From assembly GCA_040954595.2 (NCBI GenBank), contig CM082598.2:9997097-10061096 (forward strand): a stretch of DNA of 64,000 nucleotides, written 5' to 3'. The translations under genes were made by a program, and so were the position numbers. Shown piece by piece: positions 21,793 through 34,699 of the stretch; the stretch's first letter is position 1; the number at the start of each line of letters is the position of its first letter. The notes under the pieces are model-generated. The model worked only from the letters and a program-made list of their open reading frames with translations. It searched no databases and was not told where the DNA came from. Origin of the DNA: Balanoglossus misakiensis (taxonomy: Eukaryota > Animalia > Hemichordata).

Positions 21793-22116
21793 GGTAGATT
21801 TTGCTGTCCAACCATTTTCACACAACGGCCATAAAACTTAAAGAAGAACTATTAAATTACCCAGCCTGATAAGTTTTGTGGTGTTTGGAAAGTCGTCCAT
21901 GTCTGATGACACAAGATCAGCTTTTGATTGTAACATGAGACATGATCAGTTGTGTTTTGGTTCAAAAGAACATGACCTGGTTTAAGAAGCCTTGCAACTT
22001 CAGGTGACTACAGAAGGAGCTATACTGTGCCCATTGGCCTTGATTTGACTGAGAAACCATGATTTACTGAAAAGCCACTTGGAAAAGGGTCCACTTTATT
22101 TCTAAACCAAACTTAC

Positions 22117-22244
22117 CTTCAGGAAGATCATCTTGGCTGACTCTTGACTATCTACAGTGACTTTTCTTGCATCCATCTTGGCTGCAACATCTTTCTTTTC
22201 ATCCACCTGCATTGCCTCACTTTTCTCCTCTTTCTTTTCCTCAT
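22117..22244 (-). pseudogene. INTS1: INTS1 exon D (DEEKKEEK...SAKMIFLK)
   Basis: ttgcag|AT...AAG|gtaagt; open frame, collinear between exons C and D2. Confidence 0.7.
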
Positions 22245-22526
22245 CTGCAAATAAAAATTGTGTTATGTCCAGGAAATATTATTTACTTTCTGAGAAGAAA
22301 CTGGAATATCTAGCTTTGCAAATCAGTTAGTGAAATAAGAGAACGCAAACAATTAATTGTCATGAAATAGTCACCTCTGTTAATATCGCGAAAAATTTCC
22401 CATCACAAAAATTACCAAGATTACAGTAACCTAAAAATATAAAATCCTAATAATGTCCAAAGTTGAAGAATTCTATATGTATGACTTAACTTTTGAGACA
22501 CTATTTCACAACACAAATACTAGTAC

Positions 22527-22685
22527 CTTTGTTCTCTTTATCCAGGAATGAATTTTTTTCCACCTTCTGCTCCTCTCATCTGTTGAACTTCCACTAACTG
22601 AGCCATGTATCCTTTGTCAACCACAGCCTGTTCCATACTGTACAGATCTTGTCTGCAGGCCATGTCGAGATGCTGCAGTAGTTTG
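22527..22685 (-). pseudogene. INTS1: INTS1 exon C with frameshift/premature stop
   Basis: KLLQHLDMACRQDLYSMEQAVVDKGYMAQLVEVQQMRGAEGGKKFIPG* vs human KLLQFLDQAV...DKNYMAHLVEVQHERGASGGQTF. TAA before the donor, and the phase is incompatible with exon D. Confidence 0.9.
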
Positions 22686-23057
22686 CTGTGAAAAGAAACA
22701 GAAGTGTTACATGTGTATGTGTGTTACAGGGCCAGATCACGGCACATCATGACAAAATCTTTGTGAATATGGTGCTAGCATCATGTTTATAGCAGATCAT
22801 GTGTATTCATACTTGTGGGCCAAATGACCTTAATATGTGGTTTGTTGTATGACTTAATTATAACACACACACCCAGTTTTTTTAATAGTCCTGCTTGAAA
22901 GATCACAGAGTGTCTTTGGCTACTGAAAAGCACCACCACAATGAGAGATAACTCACAACACCGAAGAGTAAATCTCTAAAGTTGTAATTTAAACCAAGTA
23001 TGGAAATTGGGATGTACGGTAGCTTTGATGAGGAATAATTCTAGAGTTACAACATAC

Positions 23058-23130
23058 CTCATGCTGTTGACTGGTATACCAAAGGACTGCACAAACAAGA
23101 CCAACTGAGCTGGTTCCAAGTCTTCCAGGG
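23058..23130 (-). pseudogene. INTS1: INTS1 exon B (ALEDLEPAQLVLFVQSFGIPVNSMS)
   Basis: Near-identical to human ALQDLEPQQLLLFVQSFGIPVSSMS; ttttcag|...AG|gtatgt. Copies at ~36749, 40849, 47596, 53545 and 59182. Confidence 0.93.
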
Positions 23131-24045
23131 CTGAAAAAAATGACAAATTCAGGATGAAAACAACAAAAGTTTGGTGAGAAAAGATCCCAAGTTGAATTGA
23201 CACACAGATTGGCAGATATTTCCACGAAATATCACATGTAAATGGTGCAACAACAGATTAACCGATCAGGCCATGACAAATACTGCACCTCTTCACAAAA
23301 ACTGCTGGGTTGCAATTTATAGCATAAAATTACTGTAAAACAGGAAATTTTTGTGATATCACAAGAGAGCTGACTATTCCATTGCTCACATTGTTTCTTT
23401 GCGACCATTTATTTTCACGTTTTTTGGCTCTCACGAAATTCGCAAAAATTTCCCCTTTTACAATAGTATGGTTGGATCTATACAATGTATACATTGAATG
23501 GGGATGAACACTGGACAGTGGAGCATTCTATATTAAAATTTGGGAAAACATTGAAGCCATATTAAGGTCATACTTGATTAAGCTGAAAGTCGGCACAGAA
23601 TAAATTTGAAATTCAATTGGCTACAAAAATTGACTTTTCTGCCATTCTGAGATCTCCATGCTGAGCTCAATTATGTTGCTGCTTCATATAGTGGTCAGCA
23701 ATAAAAACTTACTACTGTTACAGTGGTTATACATGTAACTCTTATTAAATGTTTTTTTTTCTTGTTTTATCATGAAATCTGACAATATCACGAAATCTGA
23801 CTGTGGGTGGCACGACAGAATAAAACTGGTTTTCGTCTCAACTTTTGTACATGTAGTGACACAATGAAAGAATGACAGAGAAACTGCTAACAGACAGATT
23901 ATTATATATTTTTTTACCTTTTCATGTCACTTTTATAAAACACTGCATGGCAACAAATGTGAACCATGAACAATTTGCAAGACAATGAACTAGAAGTTGA
24001 ACGAGATTTGAAGACCTGCTCTGGAAGTAATTGATTGACACTCAC

Positions 24046-24211
24046 CCATGAGTAAGATTCCGCATGGGGCTGTGTGGCTTTCTTCAAGTAATTGTAGAAT
24101 ATATGTAACATGGATGTCAGTGTACATAGTGTTGGTCTGGTCGGCACTGGTGTCTCTACACAGCATGGAGCTGAGTATGGTGGGCCTTTCTACAATCAAC
24201 TGAGCTAAATC
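24046..24211 (-). pseudogene. INTS1: INTS1 exon A, frameshifted
   Basis: DLAQLIVERPTILSSML in one frame and LTSMLHIFYNYLKKATQPHAESYSW|gtgagt in another (human DVARLVVERSTIMSHL...LLSIFSRY...EVYSW). 166 nt between phase-0 sites. Confidence 0.85.
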
Positions 24212-24548
24212 CTAGAATCAGAAAGGTAGCAGTGAAGTAAAATCAAATATGTTTGTCAAAACAACAACAACAATAACAACACACATAATCATATTCAAAT
24301 AAAAATCACTTGGTTCATGCTTAGAACTTTCTATAAACTTACTCTTTTTTTTTGCACATACTCCAATGAAAATACTGTTTGATATATAGATCACAGACTT
24401 TTGCATTTTCAACTGTTTTTGTTCTAATACTATTTGTGTGTAGCCCTCACCCAGAACCTGTATGTATGATTCACAATCATATGTCTTTATTTGTTTCTAC
24501 CAGAGGTCTCCACGACTCATACTGGAAATACACAAATCATCATCTTAC

Positions 24549-24653
24549 CAATGCAAGGTCGGCCATTTCATGAAGCTGATTGGTCGAAGAATATTTGGAG
24601 AGGAACATGATGTACGCACTGATGGTGAGTGGCTCTGTTTCCATCTGGCAAGC
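24549..24653 (-). pseudogene. INTS1: INTS1 exon J (ACQMETEPLTISAYIMFLSKYSSTNQLHEMADLAL), the most 5' exon of the amplified slice
   Basis: cctaag|...TTG|gtaag, 105 nt; human AIHMETDPQTISAYLIYLSQH...SDLAL. Present only in units 1 and 3 (38240-38344). Confidence 0.85.
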
Positions 24654-24919
24654 CTTAGGACTAACAGCACATCGCTCACTGTGTTAAACGGCACAAAAGT
24701 TACAATTTCTGTCAAACTCTGCACCTATTCTAGTTTCCCCCCCAAAAAAATTCATGAAAATGGCAAGCTAGACTTCAGTGTTATATCGAAATTCTACATT
24801 AAATTAAGCACTAAGCCTCATATATTGGCAACTCATTCTCCACATGAGGCATTTTCAGATCTTTACACGATTTTCTGTGTACAAAGATCAACCTGAAGAA
24901 GTATGATACAATTTCTCAC

Positions 24920-25171
24920 CTAGTTGAGTCTGTCCTTGGTTTGAGTAACCAATCGATACATTTATGCAAAGTCTGCCAATTACTCTGGTGGCTCAACAGT
25001 GCCAGCAAATAAGCACTGCACGAACTTTGAACTTTGCCCTCTGTTCTGGGTTTGTGCGTCTTGACAAAGAGTAACTGGTGTTGCAGTTGAGGGCAACTTT
25101 GCACAATCTCGGGGTCCAGGAGCTCCAGCCAATCAATAAGCAGCCCTGCCGTTGACCAGCCTAATTCGCAT
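24920..25171 (-). pseudogene. INTS1: INTS1 exon I (GLLIDWLELLDPEIV...YLLALLSHQSNWQTLHKCIDWLL), the most 3' exon of the slice
   Basis: Human GLLVDWLEMLDPEVVSSCPDLQLRLLF...YLLTLFTHQSSWPTLHQCIRVLL; tcacag|...AG|gtgag. Complete only in unit 1, partial in unit 3. Confidence 0.92.
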
Positions 25172-25363
25172 CTGTGACAATGTGTAATTAAAGAGAAATA
25201 TACAGTCAGTGGAGTAAAGGGTATAACACAATCATACTGATGGAATTCTCACTACCTGAAATAGGTTTTTGCTACCTAGGTGAGTGATGAATAAAGGTCT
25301 AATGTCCTCTCTGATATAACATACTAGTGTATGGTAAATGTCTTTCAGAGATCTACACATTAA

Positions 25364-25550
25364 AGGGACAAACTCTCTACAGTTAATTCATTTTGGGGAG
25401 ATTTTTACTCTCATATCCTACAAACGGGATGGAAGTTGTGTGTGGTCGAACATTGATTCACTATATATCCACATGTAGAATAACATAAATGGTGTCTTGT
25501 ATCAAACATAATGTATGGAAAAAGGGCAGCGAGAGAGAGACTTTGTCCCT
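25364..25550. mobile_element. Kolobok-type MITE co-amplified with the array
   Basis: ttaa|AGGGACAAA...TTTGTCCCT|ttaa; also at ~42193, 48939, 54505 and 60524. Confidence 0.8.
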
Positions 25551-25721
25551 TTAAATATCATAGCTGGCATACAGTTATAAATATGCATTTTTTGATTTAT
25601 GTCTTGCAAGTACAAAACTGTTCTTTATTAAAAAGAAATACAGACAAGGTGATCCCAGGAACATAAAACCCAAAACTCAAAGCTACCAGACAGATGAGTC
25701 TTGAGATAAACTTGGACTTAC

Positions 25722-25875
25722 TTGTCAATCAATCTGGACTGCTCTTGTAACAACAACTCACTCAATGCTTCACTGGTGCTGGATGATTTTGTTGGCACTT
25801 GCATAGCAACAGATAAGGCTTTATTCAGAAACTCTTCTAGTTGGCTGGAATTGGCGCCTGTCAGCTGGTGATACA
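25722..25875 (-). pseudogene. INTS1: INTS1 exon H (VYHQLTGANSSQLEEFL...LSELLLQEQSRLIDK)
   Basis: tatgcag|...AA|gtaagt; human VLQGLIEVRSPHLEELL...VSSLLLQEE. Phase joins exon I. Confidence 0.8.
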
Positions 25876-26549
25876 CTGCATATGGTGCAAAGTCAAACAA
25901 AATTCACCCAATCATAAAATGTATCATTAACATGATCATACCATAAAAAAATGTGAATGAATTACAATTATAGCGTGCGCATATTGAATCATACGAAATC
26001 ACACCAAATAACGCGAGACTTAGAAATAACATTACATGTGTATGGTGCCACTTAAACGACACCATTTATTCTTTTTGAGCCTAAATCATGTTTAACCACA
26101 ACTAGACAACCACAATGACCTTGTGAGAATGAAACCCACCAATAAATACATGTAGATAATCTGAAGCTATCACAGAAACAGAATGTCTTTGACAAAGTAT
26201 TGCAAAGCCTTCAGTTGACCGCGAAAAAGTTGACGAAGCATGCATGTGGAAAGTGGAGTGTTGATAACAATGTGATTATATGCACGATAGCTTGCTGCGC
26301 TCGCACTCAGGTCAAACCTGTTACATATTACCAAAAATGTGGATCTATATAATTAACATTGGGTCCGTTCCTTCTTATCCCACTCGTGTTTCTGTTTGTT
26401 TGGTGAGAATATCTAATAGGTTAGCCCCTTTCACTCCCAGTTCCTTCTTTAGAGGTCCAACCTTACCATAGAAAACGATGGGTTTGGACTGGAACATGGC
26501 GGTGAAAGGGTTCAGGTGCTTGAGGGAGTGTTAAAAATGCAGACTTTAC

Positions 26550-26675
26550 CTTTCTATAACATGTCTCTATCTACAGCCATCCGTCCCTCAGTGACGGCTT
26601 CAATGATTTCACTCACTTCATCCAAGTTGCCACCACTGGCTTTGATGGGACTTTTCTCACTGCTCAGGGATTTCG
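26550..26675 (-). pseudogene. INTS1: INTS1 exon G with in-frame TAG
   Basis: ccttccag|CG AAA...TTA TAG AAA G|gtaaag. Phases fit exons F and H. The stop at 26554-26556 is present in every copy. Confidence 0.65.
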
Positions 26676-27246
26676 CTGGAAGGAAGGACGTAAGACTGGA
26701 ATTAAGGCATACGTCCCTACATAAAGGGAGGACATTTGGACATGATACCACAAATGGTTAATGGAGTTTCTGGGAAGGTTTTCAAATTCCAGGAATTTCC
26801 AGGAGTGTACGAATCCAGTTAAGAATTCTTTATGTCATGTGATCTGGCCATGTGACCTGCAGCATTGTCATTTCCAGGTGACGGCAAACAACATAGTGGC
26901 ATCCAGTAAAAGTTTTCCACGTATGTAAGTACTTAAGAACCGCCAGACATGTAACATGTATCAGGTATAGTACCTCATCAGCCTCATGGCATTTTGTTTG
27001 CACAGTCTTTGTCTGCACCACATTGCTGAAGTTGCCTGTCATCTGGAAAATTGAATGCCAACGTATTTGCGCTTGAGCGCGTCTGGCGTCTTTTGATATC
27101 AAAGAATAAATGCATTGTACAAACTTGAAAGTATGTAGAATTTTTCTATTTATCCTGTGTGATATAGTGAAAACGCTCAAGTTACAGTTTGTGTATGGTT
27201 TTGAGAATTATTTCACTGCTTGAGGTAAGTGAAATAAACAGCTCAC

Positions 27247-27379
27247 CTTGTTGTCTGTTGACTTTTTCATACTGGTTGAGAAGTTTTGTAAACACACTGT
27301 TTTCAGACTTTGATGAACTCAAAATTGCAGACACTAGCTGGACAAATCTCATCATATCTTCCTTCTTTTCAAGATGTTT
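27247..27379 (-). pseudogene. INTS1: INTS1 exon F (KHLEKKEDMMRFVQLVSAIL...VNRQQ)
   Basis: catttag|AAA...CAAG|gtgag. Open frame, phase 0 to 1, collinear after exon E of the next unit. Confidence 0.65.
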
Positions 27380-27786
27380 CTAAATGATATAAAGGAGTGA
27401 GAGTGAGAATTGTGCATGATTATGTCAGTTTTGAACTTTCATGTCTGTTTTGGACTGAGAGCTGTTGAATGAGAGAGAGAGAGGGAGAGAGAGTTCGCGC
27501 TCGAACAATCAGGGGGTCACGCAGACGTAATCTTTTCATTGGCGTGATACTGATATCACCACGTAACTTTCAATTCCCAAGAGTGCGACTGTACGTACGT
27601 AAACTGTATCAAATTCAACTCATTCACGTCATATGAGAGGAGGTATACCGTGCGAATGCGAGCGCTGGGGGAACCGGGTACCGCCTACTTGAAATGGACC
27701 TCTTCCCTTAGTGAAGTCAAATAATCATAATTATCTATCATGTAAGAAGTCAAAAATGTAAGAGAATGTTTTAATAAATATGTCAA

Positions 27787-30700
27787 CTTATTATTTATAT
27801 TCCCCTGTATATATTCCCCTGTAAATGTCTCATAATTTGAGGAATAATATTTTGGAAGCTGAACGGAAGTTGCAACTCAAATCAAATTTCAACTTCTCCA
27901 ATATATGGAATAACACTATAAGCCTACTGACTTGAGAAACTCAAATTGAATTTCAAATTCTCGAACAAACGAAAATATGTTTGAATGTAAGTAATCTTAC
28001 TATAAAATTGACATGCAATTACCTGTCGTTGGTGAAGCAAACTGAACAATGGACATGACAAATGATGTTTTCTGTGTAGATTATCAATAAACTGACTCTC
28101 ATCACTTGATGTTAGGATTTCTTGCATTGCCAGAATGATGTGATCACCAGAATTCTCTGATGAATCAAACAATTTCAGCCTGGAGATTTCCCTGGACAGT
28201 GTCTGTGTGAGAAATGATGGCAAAATATTAATATCATTTATTAGGAAACCTGGCCAGTCACTGAGAAATCTGTCGGCCTTTACAAAGTATAGTTCATAAT
28301 CTTCTCATAAAATGATAAAGTTGCCGCAAAGGTATACAGTCACCTATAATTTACATACGCCCATATATGGCTGAAATGGCGTATTTGAGCGTTCTAAAGG
28401 ACATATGGCGGCGCTCTTTTTTTCGCGTGTGCCACCCACTGAAAATCTGTGATTGGCTAGATCTCAAGTTTACCATGGTAACTGTAGTTAAATTACCATA
28501 GGTGACAATATACCTTAACATATCATATTTCTTCTGGGAAGTGTAATTGTTTTAAGATCAAATATTACATGTACATACCAATTGTATGCCTCTCAGATAT
28601 TGTCTTTCCGTTGATGCACTCACTTTGTGCTCACCAATACTGAATAGCTGTAAATATAATCAAAGGAGAAGAAATCACTCACTCATTAGCAATGATACTG
28701 CAAAAGTGGAAGTGACTGATTTTGAGTATGAAGTTGGAAAAGAGTCCCAGTACAGTGTAGAGAGGTTTCCAGATTAGGTAGATTTTGCTGTCCAACCATT
28801 TTCACACAACGGCCATAAAACTTAAAGAAGAACTATTAAATTACCCAGCCTGATAAGTTTTGTGGTGTTTGGAAAGTCGTCCATGTCTGATGACACAAGA
28901 TCAGCTTTTGATTGTAACATGAGACATGATCAGTTGTGTTTTGGTTCAAAAGAACATGACCTGGTTTAAGAAGCCTTGCAACTTCAGGGGACTACAGAAG
29001 GAGCTATACTGTGCCCATTGGCCTTGATTTGACCGAGAAACCATGATTTACTGAAAAGCCACTTGGAAAAGGGTCCACTTTATTTCTAAACCAAACTTAC
29101 CTTCAGGAAGATCATCTTGGCTGACTCTTGACTATCTACAGTGACTTTTCTTGCATCCATCTTGGCTGCAACATCTTTCTTTTCATCCACCTGCATTGCC
29201 TCACTTTTCTCCTCTTTCTTTTCCTCATCTGCAAATAAAAATTGTGTTATGTCCAGGAAATATTATTTACTTTCTGAGAAGAAACTGGAATATCTAGCTT
29301 TGCAAATCAGTTAGTGAAATAAGAGAACGCAAACAATTAATTGTCATGAAATAGTCACCTCTGTTAATATCGCGAAAAATTTCCCATCACAAAAATTACC
29401 AAGATTACAGTAACCTAAAAATATAAAATCCTAATAATGTCCAAAGTTGAAGAATTCTATATGTATGACTTAACTTTTGAGACACTATTTCACAACACAA
29501 ATACTAGTACCTTTGTTCTCTTTATCCAGGAATGAATTTTTTTCCACCTTCTGCTCCTCTCATCTGTTGAACTTCCACTAACTGAGCCATGTATCCTTTG
29601 TCAACCACAGCCTGTTCCATACTGTACAGATCTTGTCTGCAGGCCATGTCGAGATGCTGCAGTAGTTTGCTATACTGTGCCCATTGGCCTTGATTTGACC
29701 GAGAAACCATGATTTACTGAAAAGCCACTTGGAAAAGGGTCCACTTTATTTCTAAACCAAACTTACCTTCAGGAAGATCATCTTGGCTGACTCTTGACTA
29801 TCTACAGTGACTTTTCTTGCATCCATCTTGGCTGCAACATCTTTCTTTTCATCCACCTGCATTGCCTCACTTTTCTCCTCTTTCTTTTCCTCATCTGCAA
29901 ATAAAAATTGTGTTATGTCCAGGAAATATTATTTACTTTCTGAGAAGAAACTGGAATATCTAGCTTTGCAAATCAGTTAGTGAAATAAGAGAACGCAAAC
30001 AATTAATTGTCATGAAATAGTCACCTCTGTTAATATCGCGAACAATTTCCCATCACAAAAATTACCAAGATTACAGTAACCTAAAAATATAAAATCCTAA
30101 TAATGTCCAAAGTTGAAGAATTCTATATGTATGACTTAACTTTTGAGACACTATTTCACAACACAAATACTAGTACCTTTGTTCTCTTTATCCAGGAATG
30201 AATTTTTTTCCACCTTCTGCTCCTCTCATCTGTTGAACTTCCACTAACTGAGCCATGTATCCTTTGTCAACCACAGCCTGTTCCATACTGTACAGATCTT
30301 GTCTGCAGGCCATGTCGAGATGCTGCAGTAGTTTGCTGTGAAAAGAAACAGAAGTGTTACATGTGTATGTGTGTTACAGGGCCAGATCACGGCACATCAT
30401 GACAAAATCTTTGTGAATATGGTGCTAGCATCATGTTTATAGCAGATCATAAACATGTTGGCACTTGCATAGCAACAGATAAGGCTTTATTCAGAAACTC
30501 TTCTAGTTGGCTGGAATTGGCGCCTGTCAGCTGGTGATACACTGCATATGGTGCAAAGTCAAACAAAATTCACCCAATCATAAAATGTATCATTAACATG
30601 ATCATACCATAAAAAAATGTGAATGAATTACAATTATAGCGTGCGCATATTGAATCATACGAAATCACACCAAATAACGCGAGACTTAGAAATAACATTA

Positions 30701-32452
30701 CATGTGTATGGTGCCACTTAAACGACACCATTTATTCTTTTTGAGCCTAAATCATGTTTAACCACAACTAGACAACCACAATGACCTTGTGAGAATGAAA
30801 CCCACCAATAAATACATGTAGATAATCTGAAGCTATCACAGAAACAGAATGTCTTTGACAAAGTATTGCAAAGCCTTCAGTTGACCGCGAAAAAGTTGAC
30901 GAAGCATGCATGTGGAAAGTGGAGTGTTGATAACAATGTGAATATATGCACGATAGCTTGCTGCGCTCGCACTCAGGTCAAACCTGTTACATATTACCAA
31001 AAATGTGGATCTATATAATTAACATTGGGTCCGTTCCTTCTTATCCCACTCGTGTTTCTGTTTGTTTGGTGAGAATATCTAATAGGTTAGCCCCTTTCAC
31101 TCCCAGTTCCTTCTTTAGAGGTCCAACCTTACCATAGAAAACGATGGGTTTGGACTGGAACATGGCGGTGAAAGGGTTCAGGTGCTTGAGGGAGTGTTAA
31201 AAATGCAGACTTTACCTTTCTATAACATGTCTCTATCTACAGCCATCCGTCCCTCAGTGACGGCTTCAATGATTTCACTCACTTCATCCAAGTTGCCACC
31301 ACTGGCTTTGATGGGACTTTTCTCACTGCTCAGGGATTTCGCTGGAAGGAAGGACGTAAGACTGGAATTAAGGCATACGTCCCTACATAAAGGGAGGACA
31401 TTTGGACATGATACCACAAATGGTTAATGGAGTTTCTGGGAAGGTTTTCAAATTCCAGGAATTTCCAGGAGTGTACGAATCCAGTTAAGAATTCTTTATG
31501 TCATGTGATCTGGCCATGTGACCTGCAGCATTGTCATTTCCAGGTGACGGCAAACAACATAGTGGCATCCAGTAAAAGTTTTCCACGTATGTAAGTACTT
31601 AAGAACCGCCAGACATGTAACATGTATCAGGTATAGTACCTCATCAGCCTCATGGCATTTTGTCTGCACAGTCTTTGTCTGCACCACATTGCTGAAGTTG
31701 CCTGTCATCTGGAAAATTGAATGCCAACGTATTTGCGCTTGAGCGCGTCTGGCGTCTTTTGATATCAAAGAATAAATGCATTGTACAAACTTGAAAGTAT
31801 GTAGAATTTTTCTATTTATCCTGTGTGATATAGTGAAAACGCTCAAGTTACAGTTTGTGTATGGTTTTGAGAATTATTTCACTGCTTGAGGTAAGTGAAA
31901 TAAACAGCTCACCTTGTTGTCTGTTGACTTTTTCATACTGGTTGAGAAGTTTTGTAAACACACTGTTTTCAGACTTTGATGAACTCAAAATTGCAGACAC
32001 TAGCTGGACAAATCTCATCATATCTTCCTTCTTTTCAAGATGTTTCTAAATGATATAAAGGAGTGAGAGTGAGAATTGTGCATGATTATGTCAGTTTTGA
32101 ACTTTCATGTCTGTTTTGGACTGAGAGCTGTTGAATGAGAGAGAGAGAGGGAGAGAGAGTTCGCGCTCGAACAATCAGGGGGTCACGCAGACGTAATCTT
32201 TTCATTGGCGTGATACTGATATCACCACGTAACTTTCAATTCCCAAGAGTGCGACTGTACGTACGTAAACTGTATCAAATTCAACTCATTCACGTCATAT
32301 GAGAGGAGGTATACCGTGCGAATGCGAGCGCTGGGGGAACCGGGTACCGCCTACTTGAAATGGACCTCTTCCCTTAGTGAAGTCAAATAATCATAATTAT
32401 CTATCATGTAAGAAGTCAAAAATGTAAGAGAATGTTTTAATAAATATGTCAA
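27787..32452 (-). repeat. Array unit 2 (666-bp internal duplication, ~3-kb deletion)
   Basis: Junctions at 29670 and 30450. Confidence 0.9.
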
Positions 32453-34699
32453 CTTATTATTTATATTCCCCTGTATATATTCCCCTGTAAATGTCTCATA
32501 ATTTGAGGAATAATATTTTGGAAGCTGAACGGAAGTTGCAACTCAAATCAAATTTCAACTTCTCCAATATATGGAATAACACTATAAGCCTACTGACTTG
32601 AGAAACTCAAATTGAATTTCAAATTCTCGAACAAACGAAAATATGTTTGAATGTAAGTAATCTTACTATAAAATTGACATGCAATTACCTGTCGTTGGTG
32701 AAGCAAACTGAACAATGGACATGACAAATGATGTTTTCTGTGTAGATTATCAATAAACTGACTCTCATCACTTGATGTTAGGATTTCTTGCATTGCCAGA
32801 ATGATGTGATCACCAGAATTCTCTGATGAATCAAACAATTTCAGCCTGGAGATTTCCCTGGACAGTGTCTGTGTGAGAAATGATGGCAAAATATTAATAT
32901 CATTTATTAGGAAACCTGGCCAGTCACTGAGAAATCTGTCGGCCTTTACAAAGTATAGTTCATAATCTTCTCATAAAATGATAAAGTTGCCGCAAAGGTA
33001 TACAGTCACCTATAATTTACATACGCCCATATATGGCTGAAATGGCGTATTTGAGCGTTCTAAAGGACATATGGCGGCGCTCTTTTTTTCGCGTGTGCCA
33101 CCCACTGAAAATCTGTGATTGGCTAGATCTCAAGTTTACCATGGTAACTGTAGTTAAATTACCATAGGTGACAATATACCTTAACATATCATATTTCTTC
33201 TGGGAAGTGTAATTGTTTTAAGATCAAATATTACATGTACATACCAATTGTATGCCTCTCAGATATTGTCTTTCCGTTGATGCACTCACTTTGTGCTCAC
33301 CAATACTGAATAGCTGTAAATATAATCAAAGGAGAAGAAATCACTCACTCATTAGCAATGATACTGCAAAAGTGGAAGTGACTGATTTTGAGTATGAAGT
33401 TGGAAAAGAGTCCCAGTACAGTGTAGAGAGGTTTCCAGATTAGGTAGATTTTGCTGTCCAACCATTTTCACACAACGGCCATAAAACTTAAAGAAGAACT
33501 ATTAAATTACCCAGCCTGATAAGTTTTGTGGTGTTTGGAAAGTCGTCCATGTCTGATGACACAAGATCAGCTTTTGATTGTAACATGAGACATGATCAGT
33601 TGTGTTTTGGTTCAAAAGAACATGACCTGGTTTAAGAAGCCTTGCAACTTCAGGTGACTACAGAAGGAGCTATACTGTGCCCATTGGCCTTGATTTGACC
33701 GAGAAACCATGATTTACTGAAAAGCCACTTGGAAAAGGGTCCACTTTATTTCTAAACCAAACTTACCTTCAGGAAGATCATCTTGGCTGACTCTTGACTA
33801 TCTACAGTGACTTTTCTTGCATCCATCTTGGCTGCAACATCTTTCTTTTCATCCACCTGCATTGCCTCACTTTTCTCCTCTTTCTTTTCCTCATCTGCAA
33901 ATAAAAATTGTGTTATGTCCAGGAAATATTATTTACTTTCTGAGAAGAAACTGGAATATCTAGCTTTGCAAATCAGTTAGTGAAATAAGAGAACGCAAAC
34001 AATTAATTGTCATGAAATAGTCACCTCTGTTAATATCGCGAAAAATTTCCCATCACAAAAATTACCAAGATTACAGTAACCTAAAAATATAAAATCCTAA
34101 TAATGTCCAAAGTTGAAGAATTCTATATGTATGACTTAACTTTTGAGACACTATTTCACAACACAAATACTAGTACCTTTGTTCTCTTTATCCAGGAATG
34201 AATTTTTTTCCACCTTCTGCTCCTCTCATCTGTTGAACTTCCACTAACTGAGCCATGTATCCTTTGTCAACCACAGCCTGTTCCATACTGTACAGATCTT
34301 GTCTGCAGGCCATGTCGAGATGCTGCAGTAGTTTGCTGTGAAAAGAAACAGAAGTGTTACATGTGTATGTGTGTTACAGGGCCAGATCACGGCACATCAT
34401 GACAAAATCTTTGTGAATATGGTGCTAGCATCATGTTTATAGCAGATCATGTGTATTCATACTTGTGGGCCAAATGACCTTAATATGTGGTTTGTTGTAT
34501 GACTTAATTATAACACACACACCCAGTTTTTTTAATAGTCCTGCTTGAAAGATCACAGAGTGTCTTTGGCTACTGAAAAGCACCACCACAATGAGAGATA
34601 ACTCACAACACCGAAGAGTAAATCTCTAAAGTTGTAATTTAAACCAAGTATGGAAATTGGGATGTACGGTAGCTTTGATGAGGAATAATTCTAGAGTTA

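Larger units (their letters stand above)
19861..27786 (-). repeat. Array unit 1 (most complete, plus a ~950-bp extra element)
   Basis: Contains all 11 recognised INTS1 exons. Confidence 0.9.

Noticed and set aside
26280-27383. Recurrent small ORFs (63, 81, 116, 64 aa) conserved in each unit
   Set aside because: Conservation only reflects recent DNA duplication. They are intronic or antisense to INTS1 exons, with no recognisable domains.
27490-27715. GC-richer intronic block considered as an snRNA/tRNA/SINE gene in each unit
   Set aside because: I could not recognise an Sm site, A/B boxes or a cloverleaf. An Infernal/Rfam scan would settle it.
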